A stretch of 64,000 nt of DNA from Mobula hypostoma. Lineage: Eukaryota. The notes under the pieces are model-generated. The model ran no database searches and was not told where the DNA came from. It saw nothing but the letters and a program-made list of their open reading frames with translations. Shown here piece after piece: positions 50,409 to 61,621 of this stretch. Every line of letters starts with the position of its first letter. Position 1 is the first letter of the stretch. The position numbers and the translations under genes are program-made. The stretch spans positions 744,001-808,000 of the forward strand of contig NC_086098.1 of assembly GCF_963921235.1 (NCBI RefSeq), in the 5' to 3' direction.

Positions 50409-52884
50409 GACTCATCTTAAACCATCAGGCTGAGTGCATCTTTGCTCTAACATCTACCTATCCTTCCTCAAACTCCCTACAAGCTGTCTCTACTTGTGCT
50501 CCAACCTCCCCATCCTCTGCCTCTTTACTTCAGTTCCTACTCCCCTGCAGATCTAGTTTAAACCCTCACCAACAGCATTGGCAAACCTCCCCACCAGGAT
50601 GTTGGTCCCCCTCAGATTCAAGTGCAACCCATCCTTTTTTGTACAGGTCACACCTGCCCCAGAAAAGGTCCCCTGCTCCCTGCTTCAATACTTCAGCCAT
50701 GCATTTATCCTCCACCTCATTCTATTCCCCAGGTAGGACCCCCGCCCCAACAGCACTCAAACTGGAGTACTTGCTGTTAAGCTGGACAACCACAGGGGTG
50801 CTCTCCACTACCTGACGTCCTCCCTTCCCTTTTCTGACGGTCACGCACTCATCTGTCTCCTTTGGCCTTGTGGTGACTACCTGCCTGTAGCTCCTGTCTA
50901 TCACCGCCTCACTCTCCCTAACAAGCCAAAGCTCATCAAGCTGCGGGTCTAGTTCCCTAACTCAGTCTCTAAGAAGCTGCAGCTTGATGCACCTGGTGCA
51001 GCTGTGGCCATCAGGGAGGCTGGAAGTCTCCCAGACATCTCACATCTGACACCCAGAGCAGAAAACTGGCCCCTCAGTCATACCCACTATTCTTGTTTAA
51101 GAGGGGCTAATAACCTATCTAGCCAGGGCCCATCCTCACCAAAGCCCCATACTTTGACTTGCACTACTGCGATGACAGTTCCTTCCATGATTAGTCCGCT
51201 AGACAGTGTTTCTCTTTTATTTCGGAGCTTTCTCGGCGTCCATGCATAATGACAAGCTACTGTGTCTGTGCACTTCTCCCTGACCTGTGCAAAGCTCTCT
51301 CTCTTCGAATCGACTGGTCCACCGCTAATGGGCTGAGCCCCTCGAAATGCTCCTTTTGAAAGATCTTTTCTCCCCGACCTGTGCAAAGCTCACTCTCTTT
51401 GAATCGATTGGTTTGCCACTGATGTTTAATAGTTTTGTAAACTGTTAAAGGATTTTGATAATATTTATGTCAGTCTATCATTATGGTGAACATTATCTGG
51501 CAGGCTGTCATTTGAAATCTGAATTTAATACAAAGGAAATAATATTTATAATCATTGTCTTCACCTGTGAAATGATTAAGAGATTGTTGAACTAAATAGC
51601 TTCCATATACATACTATTTTTAGTTGAAGCATATGCTTCATCTGAAAACACTATGGAGCAGGACTTTGGTCAAAGCTGTCTTGAATCATTGTTGGCAAGA
51701 ATATTTTCTCCTGTAGAAATGAACCCTTTAAAATAAGGCAGCGTCTGTGTTGAGAACACACAAGGTCCAATAGAGCAAAACAGTGGGATCCTGATTTAAT
51801 GACTGTCAGAAACAATTTCTGCACTGGAGGTGAGGTGAGGCAAGATGTCAATGTTTGAATACACTTCATTGAAGTGCTTTTCTCTGTTAAATTAGTTACT
51901 AAAAGCAGGCAATTGAAGAGGTATATTCTCCGGTAATAAATATGCATGCGGTAAGCACTTACAAGTAATTTTTAATGAAATGATCACCATTATAAAAAAG
52001 AAATATGGAAGAGGAAATTATAGATTAATTTCTGGTTTAACCCTTTACAGTAGAGTGTCTGAATCACAATTGGAGAAGATCAAAAATAATTGATGCAATT
52101 AAATCAGGAATTTCAGCAAATTAAATATTTATGGTTTTGAAAATGTCAAAAGGCTTCATTTTAGCGATGTGTAGTAACTAAAGCAAAAGCCAATGAAACT
52201 GACAAAGTTGACATGACACCCAAACTATCCTCCCTTGTTTTGTAATGCAAACATCCTGATCATATCATGAATTACAAATGAATAGCAATTGAAAACCCAG
52301 AATGTTGTCTGATATCATTGCTCTAACTTTCATCGATATTCTGGCATGATTATTTTTATTTTATTTTAGATATACAACACAGTAACAAGTCTTTCCAGCC
52401 CAATGAGCCCGAGCTGCACAATTACACCCATGTGACCAATCAGACTACAAGACCAATAAGACACAGAAGAATTTGACCATTTGGCCCATCGAGTCTGCTT
52501 CACCATTCCTCTCTATCCTATTCTCCTGGCTTCTCACTATAACCTTTGATGCCCTTATCAAGAAGCTGTCACCCTCTGCTTTGAATATACTCAATGTGTC
52601 CACAGCTGTCTGTGGAAATGAATTCCACAGATTCACTGCCCTCTGACTAAATGGACATCCCTCTAATCTGAGACTGTGCCCTCCTAGAATCCTTCACTAA
52701 TCAAAACATTCTCTTCATATCCATTCAATATTTGATAGGTTTCAGTGAGATCACTCCCCCTTGTGCTTCTAACCTACAGTGAGTACAGGCTCAGTGCCAT
52801 CAAACACTCCTCATACATTATTCCCCAAACCAACTAACCCGTTTAAGGTAATTTTTAATCTACAAACCCGTTCACCTTTGGAAT

Positions 52885-53762
52885 AGAAACATAAAAAAAT
52901 AGGTGCAGGAGTAGGCCATTCGGCCCTTCAAGCCTGCACCCCCATTCAGTATGATCATGGCTGATCATCCAACTCAGAACCCTGTACCAGCCTTCCCTCC
53001 ATACCCCCTGATCCCTTTAGCCACAAGGGCCATATCTAACTCCCTCTTAAATATAACCAATGAACTGGCCTCAACTGTTTGCTGTGGCAGAGAATTCCAC
53101 AGATTCGCCACTCTCTGTGTGAAAAAGTTTTTCCTAATCTCGGTCCTAAAAGGCTTCCCCTTTATCCTCAAACTTCCCCAACATCGGGACTTCTCCAACA
53201 TCGGGAACAATCTTCCTGTTCTAGCCTGTCCAATCCCTTTAGGATTTTATACCTTTCAATAAGATCCCCCCCCCCAATCTTCTAAATTCCAATGAGTATA
53301 AGCCTAGTCGATCCAGTCTTTCATCAGATGAAAGTCCTGCCATTCTAGGAATCAATCTGGTGAACCTTCTTTGTACTCCCTCTATGGCAAGAATATCTTT
53401 CCTCAGATTAGGGGACCAAAACTGCTCACAATACTCCAGCAACACACACAAAAGTTGCTGGTGAACGCAGCAGGCCAGGCAGCATCTCTAGGAAGAGGTG
53501 CAGTTGACGATGCTGCCTGGCCTGCTGCGTTCACCAGCAACTTTTATGTGTGTTGCTTGAATTTCCAGCATCTGCAGAATTCCTGTTGTTTGCACAATAC
53601 TCCAGGTGTGGTCTCACCAAGGCTTTGTACAACTGCAGTAGTACCTCCCTACTCCTGTACTTGAATCCTCTTGCTATGAATGCCAGCATACCATTCACCT
53701 TTTTCACCACCTGCTGTACCTGCATGCCCACTTTCAATGACTGGTGTATAATGACACCCAGG
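52885..53762 (-). mobile_element. CR1 subfamily B 3' fragment
   Basis: Closely matches 35021-35735. Confidence 0.92.
53440..53592. mobile_element. Foldback PLE-derived mini-element
   Basis: TSD cacaatactccag (53427-53439, 53593-53605); inverted arms 53439-53486 and 53509-53556 with one mismatch. Confidence 0.9.
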
Positions 53763-54413
53763 CCACACCCAGGAATGTGGAAGAAAACCCATACAGTCAT
53801 GGGGAGATTGTCAAAACTCTTTATAGAGTTGGCTGGAATTGAACCCAGGTGGTTGGTGCTGACATTGTATTATATGTACCATGCTGTGGTACCGTGACAC
53901 CCTCATATGGAACAAGCTGACAGGAAGTGGTAGAGGTGGCTAAAACTATGACATTTAAGGCAGGTAAGTAGATGTGATGAGGAGTAAGAGTGGGAGGAGT
54001 AATGAGATCAGGGAATACTGATGGGAAAATAAAGATCCAAATGAGCAATTGAACTGAAGCAATGAAAGCTTGTAACCCTAGACAACTAAACCTGTGGTAT
54101 CCTTCAGTCAGTATCATTTAATTTGTTCAATATCCCCTTGCCAACAGTGACAGCTTGCAGTTTCTATTCTACAACTGTATTCACACTTCTTCAGAACCTT
54201 GTTACTTGTAAGGTGCATTGTGTCGTACCAGGTTTAAGTGTCATCAGAAGCTACTGGACAGAAACAGGTAGGTGCATTATACAACATACAACATTACAGC
54301 ACAGTAGCCTGCAAAGCTGTGCTAATCTTTTAGCCTTCTAAGATCAATCTAATCCTTCACACTCACCTAACTCTCCATCTTTCTGTCATCCATGTGCCAT
54401 CTACGAGTTTCTT

Positions 54414-54825
54414 AGTCATAGTCATACTTTATTGATCCTGGGGGAAATTGGTTTTTGTTACAGTTGCACCATAAGTAAATAGTAATAAAACCATAAATAA
54501 TTAAATAGTAATATGTAAATTATGCCAGGAAATAAGAGCAGGGCCAGCCTGTTGGCTCAGGGTGTCTGACCCTCCAAGGGATGAGTTGTAAAGTTTGATG
54601 GCCACATACAGGAATGACTTCCTATGACGCTCTGTGTTGCATCTCGGTGGACTGAGTCTCTGGCTGAATGTACTCCTGTACCCAACCAGTACATTATGTA
54701 GTGGATGGGAGACATTGTCCAAGATGGCGTGCAACTTAGACAGCATCCTCTTTTCAAACACCACCGTCAGAGAGTCCAGTTCCATCCCCACAACATCTCT
54801 GGCCTTATGAATGAGTTTGTAAATG
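54414..54825 (-). mobile_element. Rex1/Babar LINE 3' end
   Basis: ILDNVSHPLH..PRCNTERHRKSF..AIKLYN; minus-strand end atttcccccaggatcaataaagtatgactatgact. Confidence 0.85.
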
Positions 54826-55270
54826 CCCCTAATATGTCTGCCTCTATCACCATGCCTGGCAGAGTGCTCCATGCATCCTCCCCTCTGAGTAAAAGGCTTG
54901 CATCTGACATCTCCCCTCTATACTCCAATTACCTTAAAATTATGCCACCTCTTATTAGCCGCTTCCACCCTGAGGGGAAAAGTCTGTCTTTCACTTGATC
55001 TTTGCTGCTTATCTTGTACACCTGTCAGCTAACTTCTTATCCTCCTGCACTCTGTAGAAAAAATTCCCAGCTTGCTCAACCTATCCTCAGAAGACTTCTC
55101 TCAAATATCTCCTTAATCCTCTTTATTTTTAAGAGAACCATCCCATGCTGGATTCAGTCGAGGCAGAAATAAAGAAGGCATAACAATATATGAGAATGTT
55201 AAGCATGCACTGAGCTAGAGCAATGGAGAAGTAGGCTTAAATATTTTTATTGAGTTGTATTAGCTACTGT

Positions 55271-55491
55271 GCCGGCTGGTGGCATAATGGCATCAGCGCT
55301 GGACTTTGGGGCTGAAGGTCCCGAGCTTGAATCCAGCCGGCTCCCATGCATACTTTCCATCCGTCCTGGGTTGAGCATCGAGCTAGCAACTTGACTTTGT
55401 AAAAAAGAAATTGTCTGCTACAGAAACATCAACAGCAAAAAGTTGATGGCCTGTGCTCTCTCGTGAGTTTAAGGACAATTTCTCTTCTTTC
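55271..55491 (+). mobile_element. tRNA-derived SINE
   Basis: A box tggcataatgg, B box gcttgaatcc, TC-rich tail, TSD attagctactgt (55259-55270, 55492-55503). Related fragment at about 59900-59960. Confidence 0.85.
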
Positions 55492-55696
55492 ATTAGCTAC
55501 TGTACACACTGGGTAATGTACAATGCAGAAGCTATGAACTAGGCCACTTGAGACAAAAACATGCACACTCAAAAGCCCGTGCGGAAAAGGAAAGCCTTCC
55601 GCACATCAGAGGCCCAATCAGCCTCACGCATATTTCTTGTAATCCATTTGAGTTCTATTCTCTGAACCGTATCAATCAGGATCAGGTTTATGATAT

Positions 55697-57445
55697 AAAG
55701 GGCCTCTCGTAGTTAGGGTTGACTATGAATGCTGTATTCCAGCAGTCTACATGATTCCCAAGCCAGGGTGGTAAAATATGGTGAGCAAGCTGTTGCTATT
55801 GCATCAGGATCCCCCTCCATGCAGCTGATGAATCCAAAGAAACAGCAGAGACCCATACAGTTTGGCATAAGCAACATCGCAGGAGTTGCCAGTCAGTGTT
55901 GAACTCAACATAGGACTGCCTTAGGGACTCCAGCTCCATATTCTTCCCTCTGGGTTTACTCCTGAAGCCTTCCCCACGAGAGGGTATAGCTGTAAAATAG
56001 GGGAGATTTGAGATAACTAGTTGATCTGCCAACCAAGGCTGATGAGCCCCATCTGCCCAAAAGGAATGGTTTTAAAGTAGCGATCCCCAACCACCGGACC
56101 GCGGACCGGTATCGGGCCACGAGGAAACGGTATGATTTGGCCATATGAGTCAGCTGCACCTCTCCTCATTCCCTGTCGCGCACTGTTGAGCCATTACGCG
56201 CGCGTCGTCCATGTCAGCGCGGGAAGGAGATCAACTCCTCGAGCTTGCAAATGACAGCGGGCTGAAAAGTCTGTTTGACATAACATCTCTGCCGGCATTC
56301 TGGATCAAAGTCAACGCTCAATATCCTGAGATAGCCACGGAAGCACCGAAAACGTTGCTTCCATTTCCAACATATCTCTGCGATGAATGTAACAAAAACT
56401 AAACTGCGGAACAGACTGGACATAAGGAACCCCGTTCGAGTATCGCTGTCCCCATCACCCCTCGATAGGACCGTCTTGTCGCAGGAAAGCAAGCCCAGGG
56501 CTCCCACTGATTCAGCGATATTGGTGCGTTGCAATGATTTTATAAGTTCATACGGGGAAAATATGCGCTGTGTTTAATATCCAAACGTTACTTAAAATGT
56601 TATGATGCTATTGACTTATATAACCATATAACAATATCAGCACGGAAATAGGCCATCTCTGCCCTTCTAGTCTGTGCCGAACGTTACTCTCACCTCGTCC
56701 CACCGACCTGCACTCAGCCCATAACCCTCCATTACTTTCCTGTCCATATACCTATTCAATTTTTCTTTAAATGATAGTATCGAACCTGCTTCTGACACTT
56801 CTACTGCAAGTTGTTTCAACACTTACTTCAAGCTCCCCTGATAATTGACTTATCACTATATTCATGCGAGGAAAATGCGCTGTGTATCTAATATTACATT
56901 CGTTAGATAAATCCTTTTAGAAACGAAATTGAATGTATTATCCACTTATCACCGATATTCCGGTCGTGATTAACACCGCCCTCCGAACAGAATCGCCAAA
57001 AACAATTTGTAGAAAAAATAATCGGCAGGTGCGCGCATGTGCAAATTACGCATGCGCACTGGTGCCCGCGCAAGGCTTCATGGTCATCGTAGTCTTTCTT
57101 GGGTAAACGCAATGTATTTGACTGCTACTCTTGTCCGTAGGCAACAATCCCGCCCCCCCCCCCCCCCCCCCCCCCCCGCCGGTCCGCAAGAATATTGTCA
57201 ACATGAAACCGGTCCGCACTGCAAAAAAGGTTGGGGACCCCTGTTTTAAAGCACCAGTAACCTACCATTGCCCCTTCTCCTGTCAGTAGAAACAGTTCCA
57301 CCGAGCTTAATAGCTAAGCCACATGTGAAGGCCAGGAGTTGGACTTGGTTGTCAGAGGCTCTTTGAGGTGCACACCATTGACAGCATTTAATAGGTAGTG
57401 GGAGCTTGTCCCCGTTACTAACCCCTGGCTATAACAGACTTAAGG
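55697..57445 (-). mobile_element. ORF-less RTE-like non-autonomous element, split by a hAT insertion
   Basis: About 570 bp once the hAT is removed. Resembles RTE 5' UTR plus 3' end from memory, not verified; shares a 5' motif with 6694-7266. Confidence 0.5.
56078..57243 (+). mobile_element. Charlie/Buster-type hAT deletion derivative, containing a CR1-F 3' end at about 56621-56812
   Basis: 8-bp TSD ttttaaag with central TA (56070-56077, 57244-57251). TIRs tagcgatccccaacc and ggttggggacccctg. hATC-like FWIKVNAQYPEIA..LLPFPTYLC, TKTKLRNRLD. Confidence 0.92.
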
Positions 57446-57489
57446 AATATAAAATTTAGTATAAATTACAATCAGAAATGTATAGTAGT

Positions 57490-59060
57490 ACAAGAAGAGA
57501 ACACCAATAGTGAGGTAGTGTTCATGGATTAATTGTCCATTCAGAAATCTGTTGCTGGAGGGGAAGAAGCTGTTCCTAAAACATTGAGAGCAACTGAAAC
57601 ATTGAGAACAAGAGAAAATCTGCAGGTGCTCGAAATCTGAGCAACACACACAAAATGCTGGAGGAACTCAGCAGGCCAGGCTGCATCTATGAAAAAGAGT
57701 ATAGTGAACAGTTTGGGCCAAGACCCTTCATCAGGACTGGAGAAAAAGATGAGTCAGAGCTGGAAGGTGGGGGCAGGGGAGGAAGAGACACAAGTTGATA
57801 GGTGAAACTGGGAAGGGGAGGGGTGAAGTAAAGAGCTGGGAAGGGAATTAGTGGAAGAGATACAGGGCTGGAGAAGCGGAATCTGATAGGAGAGGACAGA
57901 ATGCCATGAAAGAAAGAAAAGGGGAGGAGCACCAGAGGGAGGTGATGAGCAGGAATGGAGATAAGGTGAGAGAGGAAAATTGGGAATGAGGAATGGTGAA
58001 GGCATTACTGGAAGTTTGAGAAGTTGATGTTCCTCCAATCTGATGGCGTGCTAACCAGATGGAATATAAGGTGTTGCTCCTCCAACCTGAGTGTGGCCTC
58101 ATCATGTTAGGAGAGGATGCCATGGGAATCAGAAGTGAAATTAAAATGGGTGGCCACTGGGAGATCCCGCTTTTTCTGGCAGGTGAAACAGTCTCCTAAT
58201 CTACGTTGGATCTCACTGATTTACAGGAGACCACACTGGAAACACTGGATACAGTAGATGACCCTAGCAGATTCACAGGTGAAGTGTCACCTCACCTTGA
58301 AGGACTGTTTGGGGCCCGGAATGGTAGTGAGGGAGGAGGTGTAGGGACAGGTGTAGCACTTGTTCTGCTTGCAAGGTTAAGTGCCAGGAGGGAGATCAGT
58401 GGGGAGGAATGAATGAATGAGGGAGTCACACAGGGAGCGATCCCTGCAGAAAATTTGGCGGGAGTGGGGGGAGGGAAAAATGTGCATGGTAGTGGGATCC
58501 TGTTGGACCTGGTGGAAATTATGGAGAATTATGTGCTGGGCACCAAGGCTGGTGAGGTGATATGTGAGGACAAAGGGAAACCTCTTCATGGTGGGTTGGT
58601 GGGAGGATGGGTGAGGGCAAATATGCACAAAATGGAAGAGATGCAATTGGGGGCAGCATTGGCAGAGGAGGGGAAGTCCCTTTCTTTTAAAAAGGAGGAC
58701 ATCTCCTTCATTCTGGAATGAAAAGCCTCATCCTGAGAGCAGATGCAGCAGAGACAGAAATTGAGAGAAGGAGATGGCATTTTAAATCTAAAACATTGAG
58801 CATGTCTCTTCATTGTCAGGTAGCTCCTCCATGATGATTGCAATGATATGATGCATGTCCTGGGTGGTGGGGTCCTTAATGAAGATTGCAGCTTTTTTGA
58901 GGCATTGCCTTTGAAGGTGTCTATGATGGATCTGGCTGAGTTTACAACTTCCTGCAGCCTTTTCCCACCTTGTGCAGTGCCCCCCCCCCCAACCAGTTAC
59001 AGTGCACTCTATGGTACATCTTTCTTTGGTGATGTACCAAAACTCTTCAAATATTATAGA
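57490..59060 (-). mobile_element. Old Rex1/Babar 3' fragment, interrupted by PLE
   Basis: RCTIECTVTGW..CLKKAAIFIKDPT, then FRNSFFPSSNRFLNG across the insertion. Confidence 0.78.
57589..58787 (-). mobile_element. Penelope-like element 3' part: linker, GIY-YIG endonuclease and terminal repeat, decayed
   Basis: Minus strand PFVLTYH..DRSLCDSLIHS, HFTCESARVIYCIQCFQCGLL*ISEIQRRLGD, RLEEQHLIF. TSD ctaaaacattgag (57576-57588, 58788-58800); CTGATGA remnant near 57730. Confidence 0.88.
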
Positions 59061-59520
59061 TGTTGCGGTTTCACTGTGATGACTATGGTCTTGGCTCATG
59101 TTATACTACCAATTCAAAGGGCTTCACCTCAACTCTGTACTAGTGTCAGCTGCTGTTATTCAGTATACAAACCAGAATTTGAGGATGTACAATACACTGG
59201 GCATCCAGTGAGAGAAGCTGTCATGCTCTCTGTAATGATAGAGATTGTGTTACAAATAAACTGATTTCCATTTTTAAACAAATAATCCACATTGTCAGAG
59301 ATAACAGCAGCTGTGTGAGTTTGCAGGGAATCATTTCAAATGTCATCTTCATATAACAACTTCTGAATGATTACAAATTCAATGAGGAATGGATTATTGA
59401 AAAGATCAGAGTTGTATTTCAATGTGCATTTTTGATTCTGTTCATATTGGAAATAGTCTAAACAGACATCACAGGTCGAAACTTTGACAGAGCATCACAA
59501 TATTGACTTTGAGCTAAAAC

Positions 59521-59887
59521 TACACTCAGGGCCACTTCATTCGGTGCCTCCTGTACTCAATAAAGTGGCCACAGAGTGAATTCTCTGTCTTCGGTTGCTG
59601 TACCCATCTACTTCAAGCTTTGACATGGTATGCTTTCAGAAATGTTCTTCTGCTCTGCACTGTTGTAATGTGTGGTTATTTGAGTTACTGTCACCTTCTT
59701 GTCGACTTCAACCAGACTGGCCATTCTCCTCTGACTTCTTTCATTAACAACGCCTCTCTCGTGAACTGCAGATCATTGGATATTTTATTTTTATTGGGTT
59801 TTTTTGCACTATTCTCTGTAAACTGTTGTGTGAGAAAATCCCAGGAGATCAGTTTCTGAGATACTCAAATTATTCCACAGTCAAAGT
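59521..59887. mobile_element. Tc1-like relic
   Basis: tacactcagggccacttcatt...aataaagtggccacagagtg terminal inverted motif, same family as 15643-15786. Confidence 0.55.
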
Positions 59888-59984
59888 ACTTTGAGGGGAG
59901 TGGTCCTAGGTTCGAATCTGGCTGGTTGCTCGCACACTTTCCATCTGTGCTGGGTTTAGTGATTGACTGATTCTTCTGAACATC

Positions 59985-61103
59985 CTACAAGAGGAGAGAC
60001 TGTACTTGATCTGGTACTGGGAAATGAACCTGGTCAGGTGTCAGGTCTCTCAGTGGGAGAGCATTTTGGAGATAGTGATCACAATTCTATCTCCTTTACC
60101 AAAGCATTGGAGAGGGATAGGAACAGACAAGTTAGGAAAGTATTTAATTGGAATAAGAGGATATAGGAGGCTATCATAAATTGGCAACAGATGTCCTCAG
60201 AGAAATGTACGGAAGAAATGTGGCAAATGTTTAGGGGATATTTGTGTGGAATTCTGCATAGGTACTTTCCAATGAGACAGGGAAAAGATGGTAGGGTACA
60301 GGAACTGTGATGTACAATGGCTGTTGTAAATCTAGTCAAGAAGAAAAGAAAAGCTTGCTAAAGTTTCAGAAAACTAGGTAATGATAGAGGTCTAGAAGAT
60401 TATAAGGCTAGCAGGAAGGAGCTTAAGAATGAAATTAGAGCCAGAAGGGGCATTGAGAAGGCCTTGGCGAGCAGGATTAAAGAAAACCACAAGGCATTCT
60501 ACAAGTATGTGAAGAGCAAGAGGATAAGGCGTAAGAGAATAGGACCAATCAAGTGTGACAGTGGAAAAGTGTGTATGGAGCCAGAGGAGATAGCAAAGAT
60601 ACTTGAGTACTTTGCTTCAGTATTCACTAGGGAAAAGGATCTTGGCGATTGTAGTGATGACTTACAGTGGATTGAAAAGCTTGATATTGAGAAAGGGGAT
60701 GAGTTGGATCTTTTAGAAAGCATCAAGTTGGATAAGTCACGGGGACCGGACGAGATGTACCCTAGGCTACATTGGGACGTGAGGGAGGAAATTGATGAGC
60801 CCCTGGTGATGATCTTTGCATCATCAATGGGGATGGGAGAGGTTCCAGAGGACTGGAGGGTTGCGGATGTTGTTCCCTTATTCAAGAAAGGGAGCAGAGA
60901 TAGCCCAGGAAATTATACACCAGTGAGTCTTACTTCAGTGATTGGTAAGTTAGAAACATAGAAAACCCACAGTACAATACAGGCCTTTTGGCCCACAAAG
61001 TTGTGCCAAACGTGTCCCTACCTTAGAAATTATTGGGCTTACACATAGCCCTCTATTTTTCTAAGCTCCATGTACCTATCCAAAAGTCTCTTAAAAGACT
61101 CTA
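59985..61103 (+). mobile_element. CR1 EN-RT fragment followed by an inverted CR1-C 3' end (60951-61103)
   Basis: ORFs 59963 and 60464; tagaaacatagaaaaccc tail on minus. Confidence 0.85.
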
Positions 61104-61109
61104 TGATAT

Positions 61110-61618
61110 CCGGGAGGAGAATATGGCAGCGCGCCTGCGTGTGCGCAGTCCTCCGGTGAAAAATGATATCGTATCTGTTAATTAGGGGCCGTGGACAATT
61201 CTGACTTGATGGACATGAAAGCACAGAAGAACATCTGGAGAAATTTCTGAAACGCTTGTCCGCTGCTGTCGTTACTGTGTGGTCAGGAATCTTTCGGAGG
61301 GTAGGCCTCAAAATCCCCGGCCTTGCCTGCTGTTGGCGACTGAGAAGGAGGTCAAATCGTTCAGACAGAGATGACGCTCAGTACTCGGTGTCGGAGAGCT
61401 GATCAGAGCTCGAAGTTTTCAGATGACTCAGAGTCGGATTGTGGTTGGCATGGCAGGGAGAGTTTTTCTTCCCTCTCCTGTCTGCGTCAGATGTGGGACA
61501 TTTGAGAAACTTTGAACTTTACTGTACTCACGGACTTCTTCATCAAGTTATGGTATTGTTGTACTGTTGTAACTATATGTTATAATTATGTGGTTTTGTC
61601 AGTTTTTCAGTCTTGGTT
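61110..61618 (+). mobile_element. Non-coding interspersed retroposon, 5' part
   Basis: Starts gggaggagaatatggcagcg; homologous to 19551-20177. Confidence 0.7.
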
Positions 61619-61621
61619 TAA

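Larger units (their letters stand above)
39725..51420 (-). mobile_element. Probably once full-length old CR1 (subfamily C) split by four insertions; surviving pieces about 39725-40790, 41284-41899, 45383-45490, 48771-49663, 50409-51420
   Basis: Pieces are colinear from 3' tail through RT, EN and ORF1 (STPVVVQLNSKY) to tandem 5' monomers at 51274-51424. Confidence 0.78.
52350..53900 (-). mobile_element. HE1/V-SINE-like tRNA SINE relic, split by nested CR1 pieces (52445-52825 and 52885-53762)
   Basis: B box (ggaattgaaccc on plus, 53835-53846), central gtggaagaaaaccca..ggggaga, CR1-like tail at 52350-52440. Confidence 0.6.

Noticed and set aside
51717..51828. Coding exon bounded by ttttctcctgtag and gtgagg
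   Set aside because: All three plus-strand frames contain stops.
55271..55345. tRNA gene
   Set aside because: Degenerate cloverleaf continues into a SINE body with tail and TSD.
55579..55604. Hairpin gtgcggaa..ttccgcac
   Set aside because: An 8-bp stem alone is expected by chance in 64 kb.
57153..57177. Poly-C run as a functional G-quadruplex
   Set aside because: Simple homopolymer inside a transposon; length unreliable and no supporting context.
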